Assembly: GCF_009914755.1 (NCBI RefSeq)
Contig: NC_060931.1
Reading direction: 5' to 3' (one strand)
Origin: the human T2T-CHM13v2.0 reference genome, Homo sapiens
Length of the DNA: 64,000 nucleotides
Shown in pieces: positions 1 to 13,483 of this stretch. Positions within the stretch are counted from its first letter, which is position 1, and the number at the start of each line of letters is the position of its first letter. Below the pieces are notes generated by a model. The model saw only the letters and a program-made list of their open reading frames with translations, was not told where the DNA came from and made no database searches. The position numbers were made by a program, and so were the translations under genes.

Positions 1-1100
1 ACAAACAGCCATCCAGCACAATTAAAGATAAGTTCTTGCCTTGTCTGTCACTATTAATGACCACTACAAGCCATGACAAAAATCATAAACAATCATTCCT
101 ATTTAGCTCTGAATTTCAAGGCTCAGTACATTTTATTATATATATCCTAGGATATTTCAGATTTAGAAGTTCCTTTATGCCTCTTATTCAGTTTTTATAA
201 TTTTATTTTTATCAAATATAGAGGATGCTGCCATATGCTCTAAAAGGCAAACAAAATAAAAAACAACACAAAACCAAAACACATAACTATTTATGAGTAT
301 AAAGCCTCATCTAACACTATAGTATCCCTTGATTTCCAGATCAGCTTGTCTTGTTCATTAAATTTATTTTATTTGCAATGGGTTATGTCATTCCCCTCCT
401 CAATAGATGTCTTCATTGCCATTTTTTGTAGAAAAAAAAAAAAAAAAAAAAACAGAGAAAAGAAGAAAGATCATGTTGCAGCACTGGGAGCAGATATCAC
501 AGGCTTCCTTGCCAACAGACTTCCCGAAGGCACAGTTGGCACATTGTCTGAGATGACAGACAAGATGCAAGGGACTCCTGTGACCCTTACAGGGGAAGCT
601 TCTGCTGTGGCTGGTAGGATGGTAGCTTTAACTCATCCTCCATAATACCAAATGTCACTTTGTGGGGGTAGCCTTCTGGCATTGACACTTGTTTTTATAT
701 GCCATAGTTCAAAGTACCACACTACGAAATAGCTCCAGAATGTGCCTTGTAACATTTAGTCACAATAAGGGCATTTACATTCTTCCCAAATATCCTTTCA
801 AAAAAAAAAATCAGTAGATTCACACTCTTGAGTGAGATGCAAAATTGCAAAGGGTTCAAGATATGTTCTTGGTCCTTAGAACAGAAAACATATTCTTCTT
901 GTACTCTGTTTAGTGAGTTCAGTTAAGGCTATTAGTTTCTGAGCTGTTTTATAAGCCAGGAGTCGGCCCACTGCTGTCTCCCTTGACTATACATTCAATA
1001 AATAGAATGTGATTATACAAAACTAAATTTTCCAGAACCATTATTGAAAGTGCCATAGGAACGTCTAATTAATAAGAATACTATAGAGGAATAATCAGGA

Positions 1101-1560
1101 TATTACGAATTAAATCCTGTCCCTCCAAAAGATACATTCAAGTACTAAGTCCTGGTACCTGTGAATGTAACCTAATTTGGAAATACAGCCTTTGCAAAGG
1201 TATTTCGTTTAAGGCTGTACTAAATTGGGGGAAGATGCTAATCCACTATGACTAGTGTCTTTATCAAAGGAAAAAATTTGTACATAGACGTGGAAACAGG
1301 GACACAGAAGAAAGAACATTATGCGAAGACAGAAGTGGAGATCGGGGTTGATGCTGCCACAGGTGAAGGAACACCTGGGCTACGAGAAGCTGGAAAAGGC
1401 AGGGAAGGGTTCTCATCTCAAAGTCTTTGAGGCAGCAAGGCCCTCCCAACAACTTGATTTTGGACTTCTACCCTCCAGAACTCAGAGAGAACAAATCTCT
1501 CTTGTTTTAAGCTACACAGTGTGTGGTATTTTGTGGCACTCCAGGCAGCTAGAGGAATAA
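1101..1560 (+). mobile_element. MaLR solo LTR, MLT1B-like
   Basis: Blocks 'gaatgtaacctaatttggaaata', 'ttgattttggacttctaccctccagaact' and 'ttgttttaagctacacagtgtgtggtattttgt' match the recalled MLT1B/C consensus. Confidence 0.8.
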
Positions 1561-2160
1561 GTCTTTGAAGCTTGCAAGGGAGTTCTGGTGGTGTATCACA
1601 GTGTCCACCTCAATGGATTAATTTGTAGTCATCAACATAAATAAATCTGGATTTTTAAAAGGGATGAAGCGTGTTTTCTGATAAACTAAAATCTCTATGT
1701 TATATAGAAGATGCACAATCACTAATGAAGATACACTTACACAACCTAAGTGCCACAAAGAATCCTCTTCCAGAAATATCCTTCCAGGAGAGGCCATCTC
1801 TCAAGCCTACTATTTGTTACACTCTTCACTGTAAGGATTGCATAACCTATAGCCCACTGAATGTGAAGAACATGTGCAAAATCCTGGTATTTCAATTGTT
1901 AGCGCTTTTCAGGTATGGCTTTATAAGACAAGCACTGATGACAACCACTTATATTCAATACAAAGAGTTTTGTGTTTAGCCACTTGAGAACAGGGATTAC
2001 TTTAGATAGATCTTAGTATTCCAATAAGCTGGCACAGTATCCACCACATAGTGAGTGCCAAAAATGGTTGAGGAAGTTGTAGACATTAAATATGTGTAAG
2101 TGGTTGGTTAAACATGAGGGAGATAACCTGTAACTGAAAACCGAGTAAAAGTATTTAATA

Positions 2161-2206
2161 TCAGGTTGGTGAAAAAGTAATTGTGGTTTTTACAATTACT
2201 TTTAAT
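2161..2206 (+). mobile_element. MADE1 (mariner MITE), 5' half
   Basis: 'tcaggttggtgaaaaagtaattgtggtttttacaattacttttaat' resembles MADE1 'ttaggttggtgcaaaagtaattgcggtttttgccattacttttaat'. Confidence 0.7.
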
Positions 2207-2239
2207 TTACATTACTTTATATGTATGCAAACAACATAG

Positions 2240-2400
2240 TTTGCAAGGATATTCACATACATTATTTAATTTTCAAAACAACAGTGTCAAATAGATATTA
2301 TTGTGTTTTATGGACAGGAAATTGAGGCTCAGGTAATTTCAAGTGAAATCCCCAAGATCATATAATTAATAAATACTGTAAAAACGGTAGAAGTGACTCA
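2240..2400 (-). mobile_element. MIR SINE remnant
   Basis: 'ggaaattgaggctcag...cccaagatcata' is the reverse-orientation MIR core. Confidence 0.55.
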
Positions 2401-3417
2401 CATTTCCAATCTCCATGCTATCTCATATACTCTAATTGCCTCTTGGGGAAACATAGGCTGGAAGAAGACCAGGCCTCATTGTAAACTCTCGAGTGCCCAG
2501 AAATTATTTACTTCAACTATTTCTATCACAGTTTGTCCACTTTAAATGGGGTAGAGATTTTCTGAAACCTCCTTTCTCATTTGAACAATCTGAGAATACA
2601 TGTGTTTAGGCTTAAATCATACCAGAAACTGTCAGGCAGAACAGTTCCTTTGTAAGCCCAAGGATTATACAACTTTAGTTGTATAATTTAGTTGTATGAT
2701 TATACAACTAAAATTTTAACCAGATACAGTCCCAAATGAATTATGTTAATTCACTCTATTATTTCTCTTTTTAAGATTACAGAAATTTTATGCCAATTTT
2801 ATCTACATTATGCTGCAATATTCTAAATATCCCTAATTAAATACCAACTATTTTGATGAAATATTTTCTTTAAAGTCATCATTTATTATCATCTGATATG
2901 AAAACCATTCCTACTAGACACTGGATGCTTTAACTGCCCAGCATCTCTCTAATATGAAGTAACAGGTCCTGAACTCTGCCCCTACCAGCATGTCCTTCAA
3001 AATCATCACTATGGGAGGAAGCATAAGAACAATGCAGCTGTGTCTTCTGGGCCCAAGCTTGGTGAATCCCAGTACTTTCCTAGGAATCTGGAATTTGGAC
3101 CTGAGAATCAGAGATGTCAGGGGTCATTCAAGCTGCATCACATAACTGCAGTGTTCTAGGAAGGAGGTCCAGGATGCCTGGCTACCAAATTCCCTAAAGC
3201 TCGTCGTCTTAATATAAAGTTGCTTGTAAGATATTCTGAAAGACTAGCCAGAAATAAATCAGCCAAAAACTAATTCTGAGAGCATAAGCCTGACCAGAAT
3301 AAAATTTAACTACCTCATTACAAATGAAATTTCAAAACTCATTTGGACATTTCATAATGAAACCCATCATCTATAGTACAAGCCATGCTATGGATGACAA
3401 AAAAATTAATAAGTCAC

Positions 3418-3497
3418 ACTTAACACTATTGAACTGTATACTTAAAAATCGTTAAGACAGTAAATTTCATGTTATGTGTTTTTTATCGCAATAAAAA
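3418..3497 (+). mobile_element. L1M 3' terminal fragment
   Basis: 'gaactgtatacttaaaaatcgttaagacagtaaatttcatgttatgtg...caataaaaa' is typical of an L1MB/MC 3' end. Confidence 0.6.
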
Positions 3498-3690
3498 TTT
3501 CTTTAAAACCATCCCCCAAAAGTAATATAGAATTAACATACTAGTTATGAATATAGTATTTATCCAGTTGAAGTTTCCTCTTTCCAGTTGATGAGGATTT
3601 AAATTTGTTGGTCATGACAAAGAGATGAGGCTCCAAATGTGGCCCTGAATAATAATAAATTGTACTCTTGAAGAAATTGATATACACTAG

Positions 3691-3887
3691 CAGTGATGTG
3701 CCGGTCAAAGTTTAACAATCAGCTCTAAACAATAAAAAAGCTCTGATTTTGTAGCATTGGTCAGTTTCCATGATATAAATATTCCCATCATGGCCTATTT
3801 CAAGCTACTTATGTGGCGTCAGTCAACACAGAGTTGTGAAGAGATGCAGACAACTGGCTCTCTTGAGAGGGCTTCAGCATACCACGG
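3691..3887 (-). mobile_element. MER63A-like hAT-Blackjack element
   Basis: TIR-like ends 'cagtgatgtgccgg' and 'cagcataccacg'; internal 'cccatcatggcctatttcaagcta'. Confidence 0.7.
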
Positions 3888-4030
3888 GGGTCATGGAAAA
3901 CAAAACCACCCCAGATATCTCCTGTGTCATTTCATTTATTTCAGGCTCAAAATGTATTGATGTAAGGAAATGAGCCTAACAAGTATGACGTGGCTACTGT
4001 GTGCCAGACCCATTTAAAATGATCTAATTT

Positions 4031-4085
4031 TATAATGTTATGTATACCACTGAATTGTACATTTAAAGGGTGAATTTTATGGTAT
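4031..4085 (+). mobile_element. L1ME-type 3' fragment
   Basis: 'ccactgaattgtacatttaaagggtgaattttatggtatgtgaattatatctcaat'. Confidence 0.5.
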
Positions 4086-4686
4086 GTGAATTATATCTCA
4101 ATTTAAACAAATGTTCTGTATAATTCCTCATCATACAATTGACTATATTTCAGGAAAGATTTTTTTCCATATTAAAAAAAAATCCTTTTAAGTTCGCCCA
4201 AATGAAAGATTGCAGACAGTGAAAAGTCATTATCTTTTTCATCATGGGCACTGTTGTTACCTGAATGCTTACCTAAATTGCATGCTGTAGCAGTTTATAG
4301 TGTTCACCTCTGGGGCACAAGTAACAAGAGGGTAACTTGGAAGTTTCTCCTGGTAGCTTAATGTTAGGGTGCAGTCTGTAAACCTGTCAGCTCTTTGCCT
4401 TTCATAAAAACTGATGTTGGTATTTGTAGAAGGTTATTGGTCCCAGCAAGAATCACAGTCGATAACTGTTCCAGTTGTGCTTCAAAAGAACCAATGATGT
4501 TATAGAAGATGAGAGCTTCAATTTTTATCTGTATGACAATTTAAATATATTTAACCATTCTTTTAGAAAATTATATTCTCATTATTAAAACAATGATGCA
4601 AGTTACAATACTAAAATCATAAAATTCTGGACTGAAGAATGCCTACAAATTTATTCTGACATATTTCTTTTATAGACGAAAAGAGT

Positions 4687-5069
<383 letters not shown>

Positions 5070-5220
5070 TTACTTGAACCCTGGCTCCAGCTTCCTCCTC
5101 ACCACCCTGCCATGTGGCATTGAAATTCAGAACGTTTTCCTAAATTCCTACCTTAATTTCCCATTCCAGAAACAGCAGACTTCTTCAATGAAATCTTCTC
5201 TGTTTTGTACATTTTCAGTA

Positions 5221-5542
5221 TAGTAGTTCCCCCTTATCCACGGTTTTGCTTTCCACAGTTTCAGCTACCCAGGACACCATCTGAAAATAAGTGAGTAGAA
5301 TATATTAAGATTTTTTTTGAGAGAGAGAGCATATTCATGTAACTTTTATTATAATATATTGTTATCATTGCTCTATTAGTGTTGTTAATCTCTTACTGTG
5401 CCTAATTTATAAATTAAACTTTATCAAAAGTGTGTATTTATAGGGGAAAACATAGTATATATAGTGTTTGGTACGATTCAAAGTTTCTGGCATCTACTGG
5501 GGATCTGGGAACGAATCCTCCTCTGTTATAGGGGGACTACTG
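5221..5542 (+). mobile_element. MER44A (Tigger-derived MITE)
   Basis: TIRs 'tagtagttcccccttatcc' and 'tatagggggactactg' with TA flanks; internal 'tcttactgtgcctaatttataaattaaactttatc'. Confidence 0.85.
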
Positions 5543-5622
5543 TACATCTAGATATTTACATCATTAAGAAACAATGCTTGGAACATACTAGGTTATCAAG
5601 AGTTAATGCATATCTTTCAACT

Positions 5623-5983
5623 TAATATGATTCGGCTCTGTGTCCCCAACCAAATCTCATCTAAATTGTAATTCCTACATATCAGGGGAGGGACTAGATG
5701 AGAGATGACTGGATCATCGAGGTGGTTTCCCCCATGCTGTTCTCATGATAGTGAGTTCTCAGGAGAGCTGATGGTTGCAAAGTGTGGCACTTCCTCTTGT
5801 CACACTTGTGTAAAAGGCACCTGCTTCCCCTGTGCCTTCCGCCATGATTGTAAGTTTTCTGAGGCCTCCCAGCCATGCTTCCTGTTAGGCCTGCGGAACT
5901 GCGAGTCAATTAAACCTCTTTCCTTTATAATTACCCAGTCTCAGGTAGTATTCTTTATAGCAGTGTGGGAACAGAATAATACA
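5623..5983 (+). mobile_element. MaLR solo LTR, THE1D/MSTA-like
   Basis: 'ggctctgtgtccccaaccaaatctcatc...ccatgattgtaagttttctgaggcctccc...aataca'; 5-bp TSD caact at 5618-5622 and 5984-5988. Confidence 0.9.
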
Positions 5984-6132
5984 CAACTCTCAATTTCTCA
6001 CTTCTAATAATGAAACTTACAACTTATGTTGAATCTAGTGTCCACAGTTTCAACTATAAGTTTGATTTCATACTATTCAATATATATGAATACACACACA
6101 TTAACATATATATATATCTACATACTACCTCA

Positions 6133-6511
<379 letters not shown>

Positions 6512-6559
6512 CTAGTCAGCAAAAGGAAAATTTTAGATTCCAACCATATCATCACCAAT

Positions 6560-6760
6560 ATAGCTAGTAATAGTGGCTAAACTTCCTGGAGCACTACATT
6601 TCATACCTTAAATGATTGTCATAATTTTAAAAGTAGGAGCTCTTATTAATCCCATTTTTTACTCAAGGAAATTGGGAAAAAGAAAAGGTAGCTTGCCTAC
6701 TACTACATGTTGCAGCCCAACCTTGAACACAGGTAGTCATCTCTACGGCCTTGGGCACTT
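6560..6760 (-). mobile_element. MIR remnant
   Basis: 'attaatcccattttt...aaggaaattggg...agcttgccta' is a degenerate MIR core. Confidence 0.45.
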
Positions 6761-6949
6761 AATATGAGGTCTACACAGCCCTCATCAATGAGGTCTAATT
6801 AGCCCCTCCCTAACCTTTTACAGTTGCAAGGAATGCTTTCTGAAAAGCAGATGAAGTACTGGGGGCTAAGGAGGAGTGATGGAGATGCCAGAGAACAGAG
6901 GCTCCTACATTCCTTCCTTCTCTCCCTCATTCCCTCTCTTCTAGGGATG

Positions 6950-7095
6950 GAATTAATGTCCATCTGCCCCTACAGTCCACAAACTCCTTAGGAGCATAAC
7001 TATAGGACTTTACGGTATTCGGCATTGTATCTCCAGCATCTAGTATAATACCAAGCACATAATAGGCATTTGATATTTATGGAATGAATGAATCC
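6950..7095 (+). mobile_element. L2 3' end
   Basis: 'ttgtatctccagcatctagt...gcacataataggca...ggaatgaatgaat'. Confidence 0.55.
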
Positions 7096-7629
7096 TTTCA
7101 GGTTTTGAGTGTTAAATGAAAATGCACAGGACATGAAGAATTTGCCACAATATCTGACATGTTCTAGGTGCTTAATAAATATTAGTTACTGTTATTCTAC
7201 TGTTCCTATCTACTGTTACTATTATTTGTCTATAGAATAACCTTAAGCAGAGTAAAGGTTCTATTTCATTGCTCCATTGTTTATTTTATTGATCCCCTGT
7301 TACCTGATCTTTAAATGGGTCCCATTTTATTCACAGAACAGAGTCAACATGAGTGTGAGGACGGTCATTATTATTCTCAACACACATGCAACAATTACTT
7401 TTCAATGAATTTTTAGAAGTGAAATTGCTGGGTCAAAGTGTATACAAAATTCTAAGGCTTTTGATTTTTATAAAGAGAACCACATTTTTAAAATCTCTGA
7501 TAAAAGTTAATCATCATGACTCAAAATAGATTTGCCAATCTATTACCCTGGAATAAAATGATTCAATAGAAGAGAAAAGCTATTTGCACAAGGAGATTTC
7601 TTTCAACTCATTTCAATTGTCAACAAATA

Positions 7630-7830
7630 CAAAATTACTGAAACATCCAGCAATAAGGTACTGTTTAAGTTACTATACATCAGCATAATGGAATATTATA
7701 CAGCCATTAAAATAAGTCTAATGACTATATAGCAACATGGAAATGACAGAAACATGGGGAAATGTTTGACACTAATATTAAGTGAATAAGGAGAACAAAT
7801 AAACACTGAAAGAAAATTTTCAAGACTAAA
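7630..7830 (+). mobile_element. L1ME-type 3' region fragment
   Basis: 'aatggaatattatacagccattaaaa...aacatggaaa...atattaagtgaa'. Confidence 0.5.
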
Positions 7831-8424
7831 AACAGTAATGATGAGTCATCTTTTTCTTTTCCAAAAGCAATTGAGAGAAGTGACCACATTCTAATAAGCC
7901 TTTTATGTCAGACAGGAGTGGGCCACATAAATTGGATCATTCTGTGAAATCAAAACTAAGGTTCACTATTTTTAAACCTGCCATTAACGTGTACTACATG
8001 TTAGTTGGCAATAAGTATTGTAAAGTAATTAATTTAAGATGTTAAAAATTGAGTTTCCAACAAATTAGCGAAACTGAATTATAAATTCATTCTTCTCACA
8101 TCTATTGCCATCAGCCTTTTGTGTTGGTATAGCACTTTGTGTTAACATAGCAGTCAGAAGGCATGGATGGTATTTATAGTGTAGGCTATTAAAATACTGT
8201 AGTAATGCAATGAAGAATATCCTTGTTCTAATCATCTTTCTTTCTAGGAAGCTGGTTACAGCCCACTTGAGTTCTCTTTACCACCTCTGGTGGGGAGAGC
8301 ATGGGGATATAAGTCCTTTCTATTTCTGCCTAATTATCAATGGCTCAATCTTAAGTCCAGGCAAGAGGCTTTTGAGCAAGTATCAAAAAGAAGTACTTAA
8401 ATTCTGAGCATGGAGCCATTTTGA

Positions 8425-8570
8425 AAGTTGGATATCCTTGTCAATTACCTAACATCTTCAAGTCTTCACGTCCTCAGCTACCTATGAAAATAATACCACC
8501 TAATGTTATATAGAGGCTGTGTGGATTAAATGAGAGAATAGGGCAATGAGCCTGCCAAAGAGAAGGCACT
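8425..8570 (+). mobile_element. MIR remnant
   Basis: 'aataataccaccta...gctgtgtggattaaatgaga'. Confidence 0.5.
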
Positions 8571-9653
8571 GCCATGTTCATGCCCTCCCCTTTCTATGCT
8601 GCAAGTCCATAGCAAATGCTCCTCAGTGGCTCTTACCGCTTTCAGGTCAAGGACTCTGGGAATTTTAGGGAATCTAAGGACCCACTATATAGAAAAAAAA
8701 GCAGACCCACTCACACAAAATGCAGCACATGATTTCAAGGGTTACACAAACCTCAGGGAGGATCTTCCATGGACTGCCTAGGCTTCCACAGATCAATGGT
8801 TAGGAAATCCTTGGTCAGTACAAAGTCCCCAGGGAGGAACAGTGAAAACAAGTGTGGAAAATCACAAGAACAAAGAGAGTGGGAGGTGAAGGATTGAAGG
8901 AAAAAAAAATAAGTAAAAGAAGATAAATGAAAAATGGAAGAAAGGAAAGATGTGGAAACTTGGTTCGGGAAGAGAGAATATGTAAGAATATGGACCCATT
9001 TGCAAGCCATTGTCCCTGTTGTGGCCTTAGAAACATTTGACAACAAAATGTACCCTAATCCTAAATATAATCAAATTCTAAAAGCCAAATTGACCTTCCA
9101 GATGTTGAGGGTGAATAATTAAAGTCAGTCCTTTCCCAGCCCCACATTCAGTGCATTATACTGATGAAGGTTTGCTTTTGTGCTTGGCTTCACTGCTTTA
9201 GAATTACAGAACCACCATTTCTGGAGGCTTCTTTGAACCACATTCACAAACAGATTAGCTTAATTATTTACTGCTTTCCTAACTCAGATGAAATGGTTCT
9301 GTTAAGGGAAAAAAAGTTACTCCCAGAAAAGACAAGACAATATCCAAGCCAAGTGAGAGCTCTCTGCTGGGTCTTTGCTGCCCTCTTTGTTGCCGTTTCA
9401 GCCCAGATTCAAAGGCACATTTCTGGCGTATCTGTTTTCCTGCTCTTCTCCCTTCCCTATTGTTAGCCTTCCCAAATAAAGGAAGAGGGCCTACTTCACC
9501 ATGCACCCTCAGGGCTGGAGTCAGCAGACCCCAATATAGTGGCAGGTCTCCCGTCACTCTCACATGGCCTTGTTTCCTGCCTCTGGGCATAAGTAGAATT
9601 TTCTGTCAGTGAAACCACCAGAATGGGATTTTACCAGGGTTCATACTTCAACC

Positions 9654-9868
9654 CAGTGGTTCCCCACCAGAGACCATTTTGCCCCCAGAAGTCATTTGCA
9701 ATGATTGGAAACATTTTTGGTTGTCATAACCAGTGAAGAAAGAGAAGATGGAATCTGGTAAGGAGGGGCCAGAGATGCTGTTAAACAATGCACAAGACAG
9801 CCCCCTAGCCCCCACCACAATAATAAATTAGCCCCAAATCTCAATAATGGCAAGGCTGAGAAACCTAA
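9654..9868 (+). mobile_element. MER20 (hAT-Charlie)
   Basis: 'cagtggttc...attttgcccccag...acatttttggttgtcataac...gccagagatgctgttaaaca...caaggctgagaaacc'. Confidence 0.8.
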
Positions 9869-10109
9869 CTCCAAAGTTAGAATATGGACATTTGAGAGAG
9901 ATGTTTCCATCCGTAATTCTCTTGCCTCAACTCACACCACCACAGTATTTGTCTAATGTGTCTTTCTCTTTAGCTACACACTCAACTCTCTTATGAACCT
10001 CGAAACTTCATTTAAGTGGGTTCTCTAAAGAAAACAATATAGTATGCTTCCCTATTCTTATGAGTCTGGTGCCTAGGAAGAAAGATGACTGAAATAAACT
10101 CCAGGAAGG

Positions 10110-10272
10110 AATCCCCAGTGCCACTTAAGAACCAACTGAGTTCGAAAAGATACTTAATCTCTTTGAGCCTGAACATAATAAGACAGTGGATCTTGCAAGG
10201 GTGTTGGGATTAAACAATATCTATCTGTGTCTGATCCAGTGCTTGTTGAAATAGGTGCTCAATAAATGCTAT
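10110..10272 (+). mobile_element. MIR remnant
   Basis: 'acttaatctctttgagcct...gggattaaa...taggtgctcaataaatgctat'. Confidence 0.55.
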
Positions 10273-10289
10273 TAATACTTAATATCAAT

Positions 10290-10475
10290 CGACTCCAAAG
10301 TGTATTGTACATCATAATTAACCTGAGGATATTGTTAGAATTCACATGCTCAGGCCCCATCCCCAGAGGTTCTGATTTTCTATGCCAGGAATGTTTGTCT
10401 AGCATCTGCATTTTGTAGAAGACACCAGGTGGTTCTGATCTACCTAATCCATGGATCACATAGGACAAACGCTGT
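10290..10475. mobile_element. MER5-family element
   Basis: 'caggccccatccccagaggttctgatt...atctgcatttt...ccaggtggttctgat'. Confidence 0.6.
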
Positions 10476-11009
10476 TGCCCAGGGGTTGGCACTGAACTTC
10501 CCCAAATATTCTGAAACAGACACACTGGTTCCTTAACCTCCAGAAAGGTGGCAACACTGGGACATTCTTTCTTGCCTCCCTTTTCTCTAGAATCTAAGTT
10601 TCAGGATAATTAATCTGATGAGTTATTTTTCCCAACATGATGCCCTCCTCTCTCTCTGTTAGCTACAGACTCATGGATGTTTTTATCTCTTATTCTGAAA
10701 AGAAAATTTGGCCAAATGAGCCAGCAGATAACAACTTGGGAAAGAGGAACTGATATATGCTGACTTACCCTTGGAGAGTATCACGGTGTCAAAAAAAAAA
10801 AAAAAAAAATCTGGCTTTAGTGTCAAACAGACTGGAGTTTCTATCTGAGCCCTGCCCTTTGCTTACCCTCTGAGCCTCAGCATTCTTAGGTGTAAAATGG
10901 CAATGCAAACACCTATTTCCTCCACTAGCAGGTGTTCTCAATTAACTGCTCTGCATGGGTTGGTCATTCTGGGATTAGTTCCTCTTGTATATGGCCAACA
11001 ATACAAGTT

Positions 11010-11500
11010 ACATATCCATTCTTCCTTTTTTGCTACCAGAATTCCAGCATTTAGTGAAGGGAGGGAGACAGCAATGTACCCAGTTTAAAAAAACAACATC
11101 CTTCATCCTTATTTGCAGCTAGGAATGGCCATATGACATAATTCTGACCAAGAAGACCCAAGATGAATTCAGCTGAGGGTTTCTAGGAAAGTAGTCTTTT
11201 CTGTCCCCTTCTTGTTGCTTTCTCCTTTTCTTCCTCCTCTTATTATTATTCCTCTTTCCACTATTGGAATGTGTGAGGCTAGGGGTGGCGTGGCCAAATT
11301 GCATCTGTGATGACGAAGGTCCATGCTAAGGATGATGGAACAAGAAGCCTGAGTCCTTGGTAGGGTCCGTAAAGCAGCTGTATCAGCCTTATACTGTCCA
11401 CCCCTAGACTTGATGCTACTTGACAAAAATAAGCCTCTGTTTAAGCCACTGTTATTGGGTTTCGGAATACATACGACAAAACATAATCTCTAACCAAACT
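11010..11500 (+). mobile_element. Old MaLR LTR (MLT1J/H-like)
   Basis: 'ttgcagctaggaatggccatatgacataattctgacca', 'gaagcctgagtccttg', 'tgtttaagccactgttattggg'. Confidence 0.65.
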
Positions 11501-12059
11501 ACTGCCCCTGGAACAGAAGTGCTTCATCCCAGCCAGAAGATCACTGGCACTGGCAACATCCAGCCTTTCTAGGTTAAGCCTCTTGTTTTTGTAGCTCTCC
11601 TCTTTGCTTGGACTTTTCTAACTTGGATCTGCCCCCTGGAATACTGTGCTGCAAACTGGTTTATTGGGTGATTTTTTTCTACCTGCTGTTTGCCCTAAAA
11701 ATCTTTGCTCTATTTTTCTTTCTGAACTCACTTATCTTCCTGGTTCTGATGTCATTTTTCTGCCAGAACGAAATGGGTATGTCCCTATAAGGAAGGTCTT
11801 CAGAGCTGAGATTAGGGCATGCAGTGAATTGCAAAGGAGTAAAATTTAAGGAGGCACTCACTCGCAGGTCGCAAGTGAAGGGTTGGTGTGTTAAGAAGTT
11901 GAGTAAGTACCTACTTAAATTGCCTCACAAGCCTCATCCTATTTGCCCTAGACTGACTGTCCTTTCCCTCTACACCTGTCCAGGCTTGTCCCCACTACCG
12001 CCTTCAAGTTCAGTGCCTTTCCAACTGAAGTTTTTTACTACTATCTTTTTGTGAAATCT

Positions 12060-12240
12060 CTATGATGGATACAGTGTTTATTTAATGTTATGCAATAGAA
12101 TTGAAAATACCAGAAAGCATCCGACATAGAATACATATCATTACTTTTGTTTCAGCTATACAGATAAGTATGAGGTGTACAAGTGCATTACTAGGTAAAA
12201 TGTAATACTCTAAATTATAGTTCAATAATTTTTTTCAATT
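12060..12240. mobile_element. MER103C-like hAT remnant
   Basis: 'gaaaataccagaaagcatc...acttttgtttcagctata...gtaaaatgta'. Confidence 0.45.
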
Positions 12241-13340
12241 CTTTTTCCTGGCCTATCCTCCGCCTCCATCCAGGTGTCTCACCTTCTACTCACCATACAA
12301 GCTATCTACTAAATTTCACCTGAAAACTTAGCTTACATAAGCTTATATAACATTTAGCATATATTAGCTACAATGAGCTTATGTATGTGCTGCTATGTAA
12401 TGTCCCCAGCCCCCCAAAGTCTAATGTTGTTCAAAATTATGGATTCCTTCATAAAGGTATGGACCAATGTATCACGAGTACTTAACAGCTTATCTTTACT
12501 GTTTATATTATAAAAGATTGTTCACCTTCTTATGACAATTAATATTTCCACATGTATTCCTTTGAAGAAGTGGACTTGATAATTTTAGAGTTTTGCTATC
12601 ACAGTGTAGGTCAAGCCTGTATTTTTATGTTAGGAGCTTTTGGGAACATCAACCTAGATTTTCAAAATTTTCTCTCTGAAAGAGCCACACCTCAAATCTT
12701 CTAACGCTTGAGGTTTCTCAGCTCTGCTAGAAAACATAAAAGGTATCTGAAATTCTTAGAAGGACTCAAAGTAACAGGAACCTTGATTTCTACCGTTTAG
12801 ATTGGCGCTAAAATCTTCACAAGGGCTTATTAGGGCTTACGTTATCTATTCCATTTGAGAAGCTAAGCATCACACAAAGCCAATAAAAAACCTAGGAGAC
12901 ATCTACTGTAATTCTATGTAACGTATGAAACAAATGAAATGTATTATCTGAAGGATACAGACCTTAAGACTACAACCAAGATGAGGAAGAAAAAGTGTAT
13001 GTAATTGAAAATGCAGCAAATATATCAGAGTTACCCAAATAGCTGATAGAAGGTAAAGTACATCATTGCAAGATGTGGCCTAATTGAGCTAATTTATCAC
13101 TTTTGCACCTTGGCATACCAAAGGCAATTATGTCCACACAAGTACCAAGGACAAGAAGATGCAAAAATTAAGAGAACATTTTTAAAATTTGGATTTCTGA
13201 TGCTCGAAGCCCTAATTAAAGTGTTGTCCACTCCCTAAGTAACAAATGCTTGCTGTACCTGGCATATTTTAGGCTCTCAGTGAATGTGTGTAGAAGCAAT
13301 GAATAAATATTTGAACAAGGATATGTAAATTCAGATACAT

Positions 13341-13483
13341 TTCTCCTTTATTTTTTAAATTTTAGAGACAGGGTGGTCTTGCTATGTTGCCCAGGCTGGT
13401 CTTGAACTCCTGGCCTCAAGCAATCCTCCCACTTCAGCCTTTCAAAGTGCTGGGATTATAGGGGTGAGTTACCGCACCTGGCC
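13341..13483 (-). mobile_element. FLAM_C / Alu monomer
   Basis: Single left-arm monomer; TSD cagatacat at 13332-13340 and 13484-13492. Confidence 0.85.

Noticed and set aside
432-452. Orphan long A/T homopolymers (also 10791, 19851, 25490, 41450, 62734) as processed-pseudogene tails
   Set aside because: No upstream mRNA-like body, correctly placed poly(A) signal or TSD seen; slippage expansions suffice
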